In this document: positions 48,858-58,250 of the stretch, piece after piece
Numbering within the stretch: position 1 is the first letter of the stretch
How the letters are laid out: the number at the start of each line of letters is the position of its first letter
IMG/VR virus record: IMGVR_UViG_3300012979_000003
Location: 36,254-100,253 of that record
Reading direction: 5' to 3' (one strand)
Length of the DNA stretch: 64,000 nucleotides
Source: a virus
Lineage: Duplodnaviria; Caudoviricetes
Made by a program: the position numbers and the translations under genes
Notes under the pieces: model-generated
Databases searched by the model: none
The model's input: the letters and a program-made list of their open reading frames with translations, nothing else
What the model was told of the DNA's origin: nothing

Positions 48858-49811
48858 TCAGCCTTTAAAATTTGTTAGTACTACTTTTTCCTGTTGCACT
48901 GCGCTTTCTATCAAGTTGCCATATTTCAATTCGTTGTCGAATGAAAGTATGCAAGCTTCTCCAGCATCTCGTACTTTTAAGAAGTGCAAATAGACTTTAT
49001 CTTTAACAGGTAGTCTTTGTGGACCATATATGCTCAAATTGAGCAGTTCTGGCCTACTTAGTACTACTATAAAGTCACTTGCTTGATAAATCGCATCAGA
49101 TGCAGACAAATCACTTCTCATTGGGTAATGAGTAGATGGGTTGTTGATCCTCTCAGGTTGTTCAATGTTTCGATTCATCTGTGAAATCTGTATTATACTT
49201 GTCTTGGGAAGTTTTTTCTTCCGTATAAACATTTTCTGTAAATCAACAATGATACTTCTTTCACTACCTTCGCCTTCTACAAGTAGAGTATGGTCTAATA
49301 TTACTATCAACCATTTGTCTTTAGCGATACTGTTATGAAAGTAGTCTATAGTCTTCTCAATGCCTTCTACTGTACTTGGAGTATCAACATAGTATATTTG
49401 ATACTTTTTGATCTTTTCAGCTTCTGCTTTTACTTTCGCAAAGTCTTCTTCTGATAGATCTTCTTCAGCACTGTAGAGTTCCGAAGTTGTACGGCGTAAC
49501 TTATTACTAAGCTTTCTTCCGATTTGTCGATAACTCAACATTTCGAAAGAGAAATTGAGTATAACTATTTCCTGATCGGGATTTAAATCAATTAGATTGT
49601 TTTCAAGAGTGTTAACGAATGCAGATTTACCTGAGCCAGAAGTTCCGGCTATAGTAAAGATCATATTAGGTTCAATACCTCCACAACAAACTTTATTAAA
49701 TTTGTTCCATCCTGTCTTTAACGGGACGATGTTGTGTTCTTTACGATCTTTAATGTACTTTACTGACTCATTTGCTACTTCTGCAATAGACTTAAAAGAC
49801 AGTGTTTCCAT
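48858..49811 (-). CDS. dnaB: DnaB-like replicative helicase
   Basis: AGTSGSGKS, FSFEM, ILDH, SQMNR, SDLSASDAIYQASD, KVRD motifs. Confidence 0.9.
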   Translation of the reverse strand: METLSFKSIAEVANESVKYIKDRKEHNIVPLKTGWNKFNKVCCGGIEPNMIFTIAGTSGSGKSAFVNTLENNLIDLNPDQEIVILNFSFEMLSYRQIGRKLSNKLRRTTSELYSAEEDLSEEDFAKVKAEAEKIKKYQIYYVDTPSTVEGIEKTIDYFHNSIAKDKWLIVILDHTLLVEGEGSERSIIVDLQKMFIRKKKLPKTSIIQISQMNRNIEQPERINNPSTHYPMRSDLSASDAIYQASDFIVVLSRPELLNLSIYGPQRLPVKDKVYLHFLKVRDAGEACILSFDNELKYGNLIESAVQQEKVVLTNFKG

Positions 49812-50361
49812 AGGTTGGCTCTACATTTTGTGGTTTGTTAAAATTCATTTCATCTTCGATTGCTTCCCATTCTCTATTGGTTATCCACTTCCACATAGTT
49901 TTGAAATATCCTAGTTTGCCTGTCATGGCTTTCTGTGATACTTCGTACTTTAGACACTCCAATAAGTGTTCATGCATTGCTCTAGACTTACCTACAACCT
50001 TGTTGTATTCTTTCTTACACTTATTTACGTTTGCACGTAAAAAGCCTTTGGTTCCATCTGGGCGTGTTACATAAACTGGAAAGACTTCATAAAACTCATC
50101 AAAGAATGTTACTTCTGACGTAGTCATTTCGACTAGTCGTTTTGATGGTTTGTATGAAATACTGTCGTCAGAAACGTCAACTACGACGTAATCTCGATGA
50201 ACTAATTCTTGTATTTCGTCCTCACTAATTCGGCTGAGAAATTCGTGAATGTCTTGATGATTTGATTTGTTGTCATTCAATACAAGAGTTAGGAAAACTA
50301 ATTGATTGATTGTTAAGTCTTCAATTAACTTGAAGATTGCTGTATCCAATTCTAATATCAT
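49792..50361 (-). CDS. Hypothetical protein, possible replication initiator/helicase loader
   Basis: Between PolB and DnaB; FDEFYEVFP motif. Confidence 0.6.
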   Translation of the reverse strand: MILELDTAIFKLIEDLTINQLVFLTLVLNDNKSNHQDIHEFLSRISEDEIQELVHRDYVVVDVSDDSISYKPSKRLVEMTTSEVTFFDEFYEVFPVYVTRPDGTKGFLRANVNKCKKEYNKVVGKSRAMHEHLLECLKYEVSQKAMTGKLGYFKTMWKWITNREWEAIEDEMNFNKPQNVEPTYGNTVF

Positions 50362-50413
50362 AACAGTATAACTTTTATGAAGTCTAGTATTTGATACAAT
50401 TTGGCAAGCTCTG

Positions 50414-52270
50414 TTAAAATAGACTTAGTTGTTTATTCTTTAATTGAGCAATAATCTTGTTTGCTTCTGCAATGTAATACCGATAGTTTATTTTAGGGTC
50501 TTCTTTGAGGTCGTCAAAGTTATTTAACAAAGTTACACCAGATGCAGTAAGCATGTTCTGATATTTCTTTTCCCCGTTATCTTCAATCTTCCATTTGTAT
50601 AGGAAGTAACCATCGGTTGATGCATAAAATCGGTTGGTTCGTTGTTGTTTGATGTCGTTATATTCTACTGTCCACTGTTTACCTGTTTTCTCAGACATTA
50701 AGAAATCTTTAATGTCTGTACAGTTTTTAATGTAATCCTGAGGTTTAACGCCTTCTGTGAAATACTTTATAACAGCTTTCGGTATTATTTTAGGAGTTAA
50801 TCCTTTACCTAACACAACATCTGTAATAAAACAACCTTTTTCTTTTATCTTACCATTTTCATATACACCAAAATAGTCATTGATTGCTAATTGGTAGAAT
50901 GCCTTAAATCTGTCTTCTTCTAGCACAAGACCGGTAAGTTCTTGCCAGTCTTTGAATATCGTTTGTATTTTAGGGTAGATATCCTTTTTACACTTAAAGA
51001 AGACACCATCAGTGTTAATCTGAATGATTTGAGCACCTACTTTAATTAACTTTTCAGTTAACATAAGTAATAGCAATTGACCATTTATACGAATACCCAT
51101 TACAGCATAAGGGTCATAACACCAGCTGTATTCATTTTGTAGATTACCTGATAATCCGTTCAATGCGTACTTTAAAGTTTCATTTGTCACATCATCTTTG
51201 GCTTTCTTTGCAGCTAATCTTCGCACTCTAATATCCTCGTATGTTATCTTGAATTCTGGACCCAAGTGTTTAGGGTAGAAGTCAAAATTTAATAACATAC
51301 TTGGATATAGAGATGCTACATCAGCGTCTATGAGTAATTCGTCCTCTGCAGGAATTATAATTTCTGGTTCGTTTATTGAATGAATACCACCGACACCAAC
51401 TGAGTACGTCAGGTTTTGCATAAGAAATTTCTTCTCATATCCTTTTCGTCCCGGTGATACCACTAGTGATTTCATTTCTTCCAGCAATTCTTGCAAAATT
51501 GGGGTGTCGTATTTTATGAAAGGTAAAATGACTTTGTCCAAGATTATAGTATCTGCTGGGGAGCGTAAGTTTTTTAATACGTTCCAGCTAATACCTGTTT
51601 TACGCATATATTCTTCTGCAAGAATCTGCATACCTACATTGACTTTGTCTACGCTTAGACAGTCAATTTTGTAGATATTTCCAATATCAATACGTAATTT
51701 GAGTAAGTCTTCACATCTCTTTAGAAGCTCATATGTTGACATTACGTCATTTACGTTGTAGGCAATCATTTCATCAATCTCATTTAGAGCTAATGGTGCT
51801 TGCCAGTCGACATTGAATTCTTGGACATTTTTATACATCATTGTTACTTGCATTTCTTTGAGAGATACTCGCAATGCTTTACTATACAACATTGTGAGTA
51901 AATCTACTGTTAGGAAGTTTTTTGTATACTTCCATTTCTTCCACAGGTGTAAGTTATCATCTTCTTTTTCAGTGATTACTTTAGACATGTTGAAGAGTGA
52001 CGTACATATTTTGTCGTACGTATAGTTAGAATTGGAGAAGTAATCAATACAATAGTTTACGATAGGGTTATCATAGTGAATATTGTTGTATCCGACAAAG
52101 TATCCATCAACTGTTAAAAAGAAAATACACATTTCTTCTATTGTATTTCTACGCTGGGAACATTCGAATTTATATAAATCGTTTGTTTCAGTGTTTAATA
52201 TACAGCAATGGAATACGTTTTTGAATACCTCAATATCGTATACGTAAGCTACTTTATCTTTTATTCTCAT
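50414..52270 (-). CDS. DNA polymerase, family B
   Basis: Exo motifs YDIE and GYNNIHYD; pol motifs DADVASLYPS, KYALNGLSG, INTDG. Start moved to MRIKDK because the upstream extension is a tRNA-like RNA. Confidence 0.9.
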   Translation of the reverse strand: MRIKDKVAYVYDIEVFKNVFHCCILNTETNDLYKFECSQRRNTIEEMCIFFLTVDGYFVGYNNIHYDNPIVNYCIDYFSNSNYTYDKICTSLFNMSKVITEKEDDNLHLWKKWKYTKNFLTVDLLTMLYSKALRVSLKEMQVTMMYKNVQEFNVDWQAPLALNEIDEMIAYNVNDVMSTYELLKRCEDLLKLRIDIGNIYKIDCLSVDKVNVGMQILAEEYMRKTGISWNVLKNLRSPADTIILDKVILPFIKYDTPILQELLEEMKSLVVSPGRKGYEKKFLMQNLTYSVGVGGIHSINEPEIIIPAEDELLIDADVASLYPSMLLNFDFYPKHLGPEFKITYEDIRVRRLAAKKAKDDVTNETLKYALNGLSGNLQNEYSWCYDPYAVMGIRINGQLLLLMLTEKLIKVGAQIIQINTDGVFFKCKKDIYPKIQTIFKDWQELTGLVLEEDRFKAFYQLAINDYFGVYENGKIKEKGCFITDVVLGKGLTPKIIPKAVIKYFTEGVKPQDYIKNCTDIKDFLMSEKTGKQWTVEYNDIKQQRTNRFYASTDGYFLYKWKIEDNGEKKYQNMLTASGVTLLNNFDDLKEDPKINYRYYIAEANKIIAQLKNKQLSLF

Positions 52271-52285
52271 ATTCTTAAGTTTATT

Positions 52286-52333
52286 GTTCCGTTGGGAGAC
52301 TTGAACTCCCTGAAGGCCTAACCTTAACGGTAC
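52286..52333 (-). ncRNA. Minimal tRNA-like element (acceptor + T arm)
   Basis: GUACCGUU/AACGGAAC stem, GGGAG-UUCAAGU-CUCCC T arm, and one small hairpin in place of the D and anticodon arms. Confidence 0.6.
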
Positions 52334-52360
52334 CACTATAAAAAGATGGCTTATTTGTTG

Positions 52361-53074
52361 TTATTTAAACATTTGCTCTTTAAACAATTGAATCGCATTG
52401 TATTTGTCAATTGTTTCTTGGTCGAACCAATAAGGATTCTTTACACAGGGTCCTGAATTAAAACACGTAGGTTTATTGTTGACGCTTAGAGTCAAATGAG
52501 CATATGTTGATGGATACATTATCGATATTAGGTGATTTATAAAAGTTATGACCACATCACGTTTTTTTGTACGTTTGTACAATTTTACGTTGTGTACTGC
52601 ATCTTCAGATACAAATCGCACGATGTCTGCAGTTTCATCGTTGTAGATAACGTCCGCTTTCCTGTTTTTTCTGTTTAAGAAGATGTTTAAACGAACATCT
52701 TTGTCACTTTTTGGTTGTGACGTTGTGTAATTTTGAATCAAACATTTTATACCATACAAGGTCTTCTTGTATAAGTTTAATTCTTTGTCTGTTGTTGGTT
52801 TTGTTTTGTGAGGCAAATAACGTATTTTTTCTAAGTTATCTATTTTGCTCTCTTTCATGTTTTGTCGACGAGCCTTTGCTTCTTCTTTTGTCAAAGAAGC
52901 CAGTTTGCTACGTCTTGTTTTGGTAACTTTCTTTGTAAAGTTTCCTTTGGTCTTTTTGTTTTCAGTCATCGCTCCTTTGGCAATGTCTGTGGTATAATAA
53001 GCAGTTTCAAATTCTGCATGGTCACCGTCTAAGGCAATCCAATTTTGGTTACGGCGTTTAATTCTTGAGTTCAT
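52361..53074 (-). CDS. Hypothetical basic protein
   Basis: 237-aa ORF. Confidence 0.7.
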   Translation of the reverse strand: MNSRIKRRNQNWIALDGDHAEFETAYYTTDIAKGAMTENKKTKGNFTKKVTKTRRSKLASLTKEEAKARRQNMKESKIDNLEKIRYLPHKTKPTTDKELNLYKKTLYGIKCLIQNYTTSQPKSDKDVRLNIFLNRKNRKADVIYNDETADIVRFVSEDAVHNVKLYKRTKKRDVVITFINHLISIMYPSTYAHLTLSVNNKPTCFNSGPCVKNPYWFDQETIDKYNAIQLFKEQMFK

Positions 53075-53100
53075 ATTGATGGGTATTTAAGGTTAGACAA

Positions 53101-53595
53101 TTAGGCTGCTAAACTCATATGTACAGTGTCTTCTGTTACATCTGTATCTTTGTTGAACTCGTCAATCTTGCTACGAAGTTCTGCAATACGCAAATCGATT
53201 TCTCGTGTGCGTGCGTCAATCCATGACTTAGTTAGAACTTCTTTCTTTGCAAGCTTATTTTTGCCTTTCTTTGCTTTCAGAGTAGGATTGATATACTTAA
53301 TCTTACTCAGTTTTGTGCGAATCTCTGTCATTTCACTGAGCAGAAATACTGTGTATTGGTTTACATCCTTATTGATGTCAGACTTCTTGGTAAAACCAAG
53401 GTTAATGTATGCCAATGTAAGCTTAGCCATTGCACGGTCTTCAGCAAGGTTCTGAATAAGGCCATATAAAGCCTTCAAATCATACTTGTGCTCAAAATTC
53501 TTAGGAGCTACGTTAGTTTTTTGGATATAATCCCAATATTTTGACAATTCATTGTCAAGGTCTTTTCTTTTCTTGATATATTCTGTTGCTTTCAT
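53101..53595 (-). CDS. Hypothetical coiled-coil protein
   Basis: 164-aa ORF ending MSLAA. Confidence 0.75.
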   Translation of the reverse strand: MKATEYIKKRKDLDNELSKYWDYIQKTNVAPKNFEHKYDLKALYGLIQNLAEDRAMAKLTLAYINLGFTKKSDINKDVNQYTVFLLSEMTEIRTKLSKIKYINPTLKAKKGKNKLAKKEVLTKSWIDARTREIDLRIAELRSKIDEFNKDTDVTEDTVHMSLAA

Positions 53596-53630
53596 TGATT
53601 TCTATTTTTAGTGATTAATACTTAGTTTGA

Positions 53631-53661
53631 TAAAAAGGTTGACCCAGTTAAGGGCCAACCT
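53631..53661 (-). terminator. Rho-independent terminator
   Basis: AGGUUGGCCC-UUAACU-GGGUCAACCU-UUUUA on the - strand. Confidence 0.65.
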
Positions 53662-53812
53662 GTGCGAGTAGGTTTTCTCTTTTAATGTGTTTCTTTATGC
53701 ATTCAAATGCAGAAATTAACAACACTAATGTGAGTTTACTACATTTACCTAACGGTTTCCCGTCGACAGTGCACTTTGCAGTTCCACCGTCATAGATGAT
53801 TTCGATTTTCAT
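53648..53812 (-). CDS. Small hypothetical protein
   Basis: MKIEIIYDGG start directly after a tRNA-like element. Confidence 0.55.
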   Translation of the reverse strand: MKIEIIYDGGTAKCTVDGKPLGKCSKLTLVLLISAFECIKKHIKRENLLAQVGP

Positions 53813-53814
53813 AG

Positions 53815-53958
53815 TTGCACCGGTGGGATTCGAACCCGACATAGATATACATCTTATGTTGATGTACCAATACGTTTTACCAGTACACGTATTGCGCGTT
53901 TCCACGGAGTATGATTTTGAGCTCATTTGGTAAAAGTGTCTCCTTACGCTACGGTGCA
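53815..53958 (-). ncRNA. Expanded tRNA-like RNA (~143 nt)
   Basis: UGCACCG/CGGUGCA acceptor, GGG-UUCGAAU-CCC T arm, and a ~100-nt insert with hairpins and a possible UUUUACCA/UGGUAAAA pseudoknot. Confidence 0.65.
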
Positions 53959-53995
53959 GTGTTTGTTTAATAGATGTTCATTTCTGAAATACTTA

Positions 53996-54385
53996 TTATT
54001 TTCCATAATTTAGTACCTTTTCCTTAAATTCTTTAAAAGTATCAGAATAAGAATACCATTTAAGTTCTTCAGTAGAATCATTAGATAAATAATCTTTAAG
54101 TTCTTGTAAAGAATCGAACCATTCAATACTATTATATAGCCCATCCATGAGTTCTTGTACTTCGTCTAGGGTATCACATGCTTGTAAAGCATCACAACCA
54201 CTACAGCTTCCCCAACCAAAAACAAGAAGTCCATATTTATTATCGTTTTTATAGATTAGAAAACTGTCACCTTGATAAGCTTCTTCATCTACTTGAATAA
54301 GTATTTCTCCAAATTCATCTAACATAGGTTGATAGTCATACCAAGAAAATATATCATTTTCGTATATTTCTTTTGCTTTTTTCAT
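53996..54385 (-). CDS. Hypothetical protein with GSCSGCD motif
   Basis: MKKAKEIY start; GWGSCSGCDAL. Confidence 0.7.
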   Translation of the reverse strand: MKKAKEIYENDIFSWYDYQPMLDEFGEILIQVDEEAYQGDSFLIYKNDNKYGLLVFGWGSCSGCDALQACDTLDEVQELMDGLYNSIEWFDSLQELKDYLSNDSTEELKWYSYSDTFKEFKEKVLNYGK

Positions 54386-54411
54386 AATTATTAAGTTTAA
54401 AGTTAATACTG

Positions 54412-54480
54412 TGCCCAGGTTGGGAGTCGAACCCACGAGTTTTATAGCTTCATTGCTTTTTAACTATCCGATACAAGGGC
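54412..54480 (-). ncRNA. Degenerate tRNA-like element
   Basis: GCCC../..GGGC-A acceptor, UGGG-UUCGACU-CCCA T arm, no canonical D or anticodon arms. Confidence 0.55.
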
Positions 54481-54485
54481 GTGTG

Positions 54486-54581
54486 ATATCCGTTTCATAC
54501 ATCATCCACGGATATTATAGTTGAACAATACTTTAGTAACATTCTTATTGTCATCTGCTGTTTCATACATCATTCACAACA
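54486..54581 (-). repeat. Two tandem hairpins with near-identical GRAUGAUGUAUGAA loops
   Basis: 54486-54515 (AUAUCCGU/ACGGAUAU stem) and 54556-54581 (UGUUGU/ACAGCA stem). Confidence 0.65.
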
Positions 54582-54672
54582 TCTTATCGTCATTCAATTA
54601 CCATTGTAGAGTAATCAGTTTCTTTTTAAGTGTCCATAAGTTCACATCAAACTTAAACTTATTGGAAATTGA

Positions 54673-55203
54673 TTATCGGGGCAATTCGTCAACGTAGATT
54701 TGTACTGGAATTGCTCCTCCCCCAAGATCAATGGCTGCCATGCCAGCTGCTCGGGTTCTAATTGTCGAGGATCTTTCTTGTACGGCTTCCTTGTCTTCCG
54801 TCTTTATATACTTAGAGGCATAATAACCTCCTTTGAAACCAAACATATTAGTTGCAAACAATGCATCAACTACATAATCGTAGTCTTTACCTTGAATTGC
54901 TTTTTCGATAATCTCTTCGGATATACCTTTGAAGATCTTATCATTCTTGTTACTTCCGTGTCCGGACATAACGCTGGCTATACGGAATGCTACTTCCATG
55001 AAGGTAATAGTTTTACCATTTCCTCCAAATAGCCAGTTAATGAACCAGTTACGACTACGTTGAATCAATACAGACCCATCATCCTGTATTGTAATAGTCG
55101 GAGCTACCTTCTCGTTATCCAAGAGAAACTCGCGACGAATTGCTTCGTCCTTGAAAAGTGCCAAAAGAAGCACTTTACGAGATTCACTTATCAATGATAC
55201 CAT
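54673..55203 (-). CDS. Hypothetical protein
   Basis: 176-aa ORF. Confidence 0.75.
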   Translation of the reverse strand: MVSLISESRKVLLLALFKDEAIRREFLLDNEKVAPTITIQDDGSVLIQRSRNWFINWLFGGNGKTITFMEVAFRIASVMSGHGSNKNDKIFKGISEEIIEKAIQGKDYDYVVDALFATNMFGFKGGYYASKYIKTEDKEAVQERSSTIRTRAAGMAAIDLGGGAIPVQIYVDELPR

Positions 55204-55210
55204 GCACTAA

Positions 55211-55771
55211 TTAAGGCTTGCGGTCCAATGACTTGTAGTAACGCTCACAGTTGAACTTCTCGTTCTCGTTGATAGTGCGAAGAGCACCGCTCCATTCAAC
55301 AAGCTGCTTGCTGAGGCTATCGATGTCCTCCATAACTTGCTTGTTGTAGGCAGTAACTACGTCTACCAACTCCTTGTAGTCGGTGAAGAAGATGTTTGAA
55401 TCGGGGTTCTTAATTGCTTCCTCAACCTTGTCTGAGGTCGCCTTCTCAAACTTAGGCGCAGTAATCGGGAACTGCAAAGATGCCTTGTGGTTGAACTCTA
55501 CGACAGGCTTGCCGTTTGCGTTGGTCTTGATTTCCATTGAGATAATCTCAACGTCCTCAACATAGTACTTCTTGAACGGGCGTGCAAGACGCGGATGTGT
55601 GTCATTGAGTACCTTTTCGTTGTGGCTCAAGTCCAGGTTATCACTCTTGATCGCAAAGATCTTCTTACCAAAATAGGGAGCAAATGCTTCCAATGAAGCT
55701 CGGTGGGCGTTGATGTCGAAGCCCAAATTATTGTTATTGTTCATAATTATATTCTCTTTTGATTTCGCCAT
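55211..55771 (-). CDS. Hypothetical protein (codon usage suggests high expression)
   Basis: 186-aa ORF with AAG/AAC/UUC/AUC-biased codons. Confidence 0.75.
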   Translation of the reverse strand: MAKSKENIIMNNNNNLGFDINAHRASLEAFAPYFGKKIFAIKSDNLDLSHNEKVLNDTHPRLARPFKKYYVEDVEIISMEIKTNANGKPVVEFNHKASLQFPITAPKFEKATSDKVEEAIKNPDSNIFFTDYKELVDVVTAYNKQVMEDIDSLSKQLVEWSGALRTINENEKFNCERYYKSLDRKP

Positions 55772-57912
55772 TGATTGTACCGACGAATATGTTAATTACT
55801 AAAGTTAAAACTCACTTTTGTTCCTGATATTGGTGTCAAAATAATAAGTGGGGTGTCTTTGTGTAGGTATTATGGCAAGACGGTATATACGGAATTGGTG
55901 AATTCAATCACTACCATTCACAAAGATTATACTAAATGTGTATCTGACAATATCTGAAACGATTTGAAATTGCTAACAAAAGCCAGTCACTTAGGCTTCG
56001 CTTTAAGAAAGCTATGAAAACATGTTAGCGGGAATGACTCAATACGTAGTAATACACAGAATTGTGTATACGGGATCCCAACGGTAGGGATAGCTGCGCC
56101 CATAAGTATTGTAGAATGTTTGTTATCGAGTGTTTCCACACACGGATGCAAGCTTTGATGCTTATTCCTGCATTCTAGGTTTTCCTGCTTTCGAGAGGAG
56201 TCCGGTAGTTATCGTGATACGCACGGTAGGAATTCTATATTTTGATGTCCTACGCACCCTAAATAAAACAGCCCATTGCTTATAGCATGGCCCACTGTTA
56301 CCATTCCTGGATTTGTTGTTTATACAGCGCGAATACTCGGGATTTCCACCCGATCGTCAGATTAACGGCTAATGAGACCGTCCTGTTTCCGATTCAGCGT
56401 TCTTCCTCCTTAACACGTATAGTTGCGGCTATACGCTTTCAGTATGAGAAAAGTGTCTAATGTCAGCGTAACGGTTGGCTGTCGGGGGTGGAGGCTATAC
56501 TACTTTGGAATAATGGCAGTTACAGGTGGGTAACTCCTTCTTTAGTTCATCGTAATACAGTCCATTGGACTTCCCCTATTATTAAGGTTAGTAATGTTAA
56601 CAATCTCTATTTTTTACGTGTAAACCACGGCAATCAGTTAGCTTACTGCTGGCACAGGCGGGAGCGTCTGCAAGGATTCCCACGTGCATCCACATGGCGA
56701 ACCAGTCTACCCGTAACTAGCTATCTGCAGTGGAGTATGCAGACTAGTCATTAAATGCTCGTTTGGTTTCTTTCTTTAGTCACCCAGTGAAAGAGCTGGA
56801 TATTTTACTTTACATTCTGCCTTATATCAGTCGGCATTTGTCAGAAATAGGTTACAGCGCCTTCGACCGCTATTCCCCCACATTCATTTCCTCGTTGCAA
56901 AGCACTCGCGGATTTATAGTCGTACTGTGGGTACTTGACGACTTTACAAAAGTAACTACTTGATTCTAATGCTGCTTCTTGGAGAAACAGGTGGCATTGC
57001 AGCCATTCTTATACTGGACATTGCTACTCAGCCATAAGGCACGCAATTTACTAATTGAGTCAACACAAGCACTCAGTTACAACTCATCAACATGCTTGCT
57101 ATCAATCAACGGAGATATTTCTTCTTTCCCGCATTACGTATGGGTTTGGCACCCAATCCAGGATAACCTATAGTATAAGCATAGCTATAGTTCTTTTGTT
57201 CGACCTTTATATATCGCCTTCATCCGTACAGGTTACTTCAGTTAGCGATAAAACACTATCGAGATATTTTTTGAAGGTTTTGGAGACCTTCGGAGACACG
57301 CTAGTCGGTGTATAAGGATAATTCTCTACATCTTGAATGGTTTTGGAGACCATTCTCCATGCATGAATACGGCTGTTGGCGACTCGTGTAGACAGTATCT
57401 CCTCTCTTGATTTCGCTTATAAACACCTACGGAGGACTGTCGGGTTAGTTGTACATCTATGCCGCGTATATTTGTACATTATCGATACCCTTGCTTTGTT
57501 CATCTAATATACTGTAACTACTACATGTTGGATGCTTAGAGACAGTAAGCACCGCGTGTTTCATCTACTTCGGTATACTTCAACGCGTCTTCAGTAATAA
57601 TAACATCGCCAATTCGGTTCTCATGTTAGTATCACCACGGGTTAAGCACGCTCTCCCGTTTTCTACTTAATTTTTCTGTCAAAAATGCCAATGACATAAG
57701 TAGTTATCATGGTTTATTCAGGGCCTCTAATTGGCTTTCTATTGGAGATAGTTACCTGGTTTCAACCATCATGTATGCATTTTCACATTCTACGACTAGC
57801 TAAGTCCCAGTAAAATGTTGTAGCATTTACGTTGCCCTACGACTTTTTGCGTGTTGAATAAAGATACTAATTTAAGTATAGTGCGTACAAATGCACTATA
57901 CTTAATATGTCT
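55772..57912 (-). ncRNA. Large (~2.1 kb) structured non-coding region, candidate giant ncRNA or ncRNA cluster
   Basis: No credible ORF on the coding strand; dense inverted repeats throughout. Confidence 0.6.
57872..57905. other. Long perfect hairpin at the boundary of the non-coding region
   Basis: TTAAGTATAGTGC / GCACTATACTTAA, 13 bp. Confidence 0.7.
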
Positions 57913-58239
57913 TTAATCAATAGGCACGCTTGCTATAGATTTTGCAAGGTGTTCCTCTACAGGAATAAATGGAGATTTCATTTGTAGGGGAATACGTCGC
58001 ACGGCCTTAGCTGCCCATAATTCATCTCTAACCGGAGTTATGATGTTGACAGTACGTACAAGTGTATCTGTCTTCATGACAATCCTTTTATCGATGATTG
58101 TGTTAGTAACTGTGTCCCGTATAAATATAGGAACTGTTTCAGTCTCTGCCTTAGCGGTACTGGATAATGTCGACTGTAATCCAATAAATCCGCCGATTGC
58201 CATCACAATGATGAAGCTAAATAATTTTGTTTTTCTCAT
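57913..58239 (-). CDS. Hypothetical membrane/secreted protein
   Basis: N-terminal signal/TM segment MRKTKLFSFIIVMAIGGFIGL. Confidence 0.7.
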   Translation of the reverse strand: MRKTKLFSFIIVMAIGGFIGLQSTLSSTAKAETETVPIFIRDTVTNTIIDKRIVMKTDTLVRTVNIITPVRDELWAAKAVRRIPLQMKSPFIPVEEHLAKSIASVPID

Positions 58240-58250
58240 CTTTTGATAAG

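Noticed and set aside
52271-54436. N-terminal extensions of ORFs to 52336, 53926 and 54436
   Set aside because: The extensions run through tRNA-like elements; better ATGs with AT-rich leaders lie just downstream.
46026-56390. Further ECF promoter candidates at 46026-46050 (CTAAC-N15-CGTTA) and 56363-56390 (GGAAAC-N17-CGTTA)
   Set aside because: Spacing differs from the 16 nt of the three good sites; not supported without TSS data.
56556-56580. RNase P RNA (GGGGAAGUCC on - resembles GAGGAAAGUCC)
   Set aside because: Imperfect match, it forms a local hairpin, and I could not find a downstream P4 partner. A cmsearch would settle it.
56488-57315. Short + strand ORFs in the non-coding region
   Set aside because: Antisense to the module, non-ATG starts, atypical composition, and they overlap hairpins.
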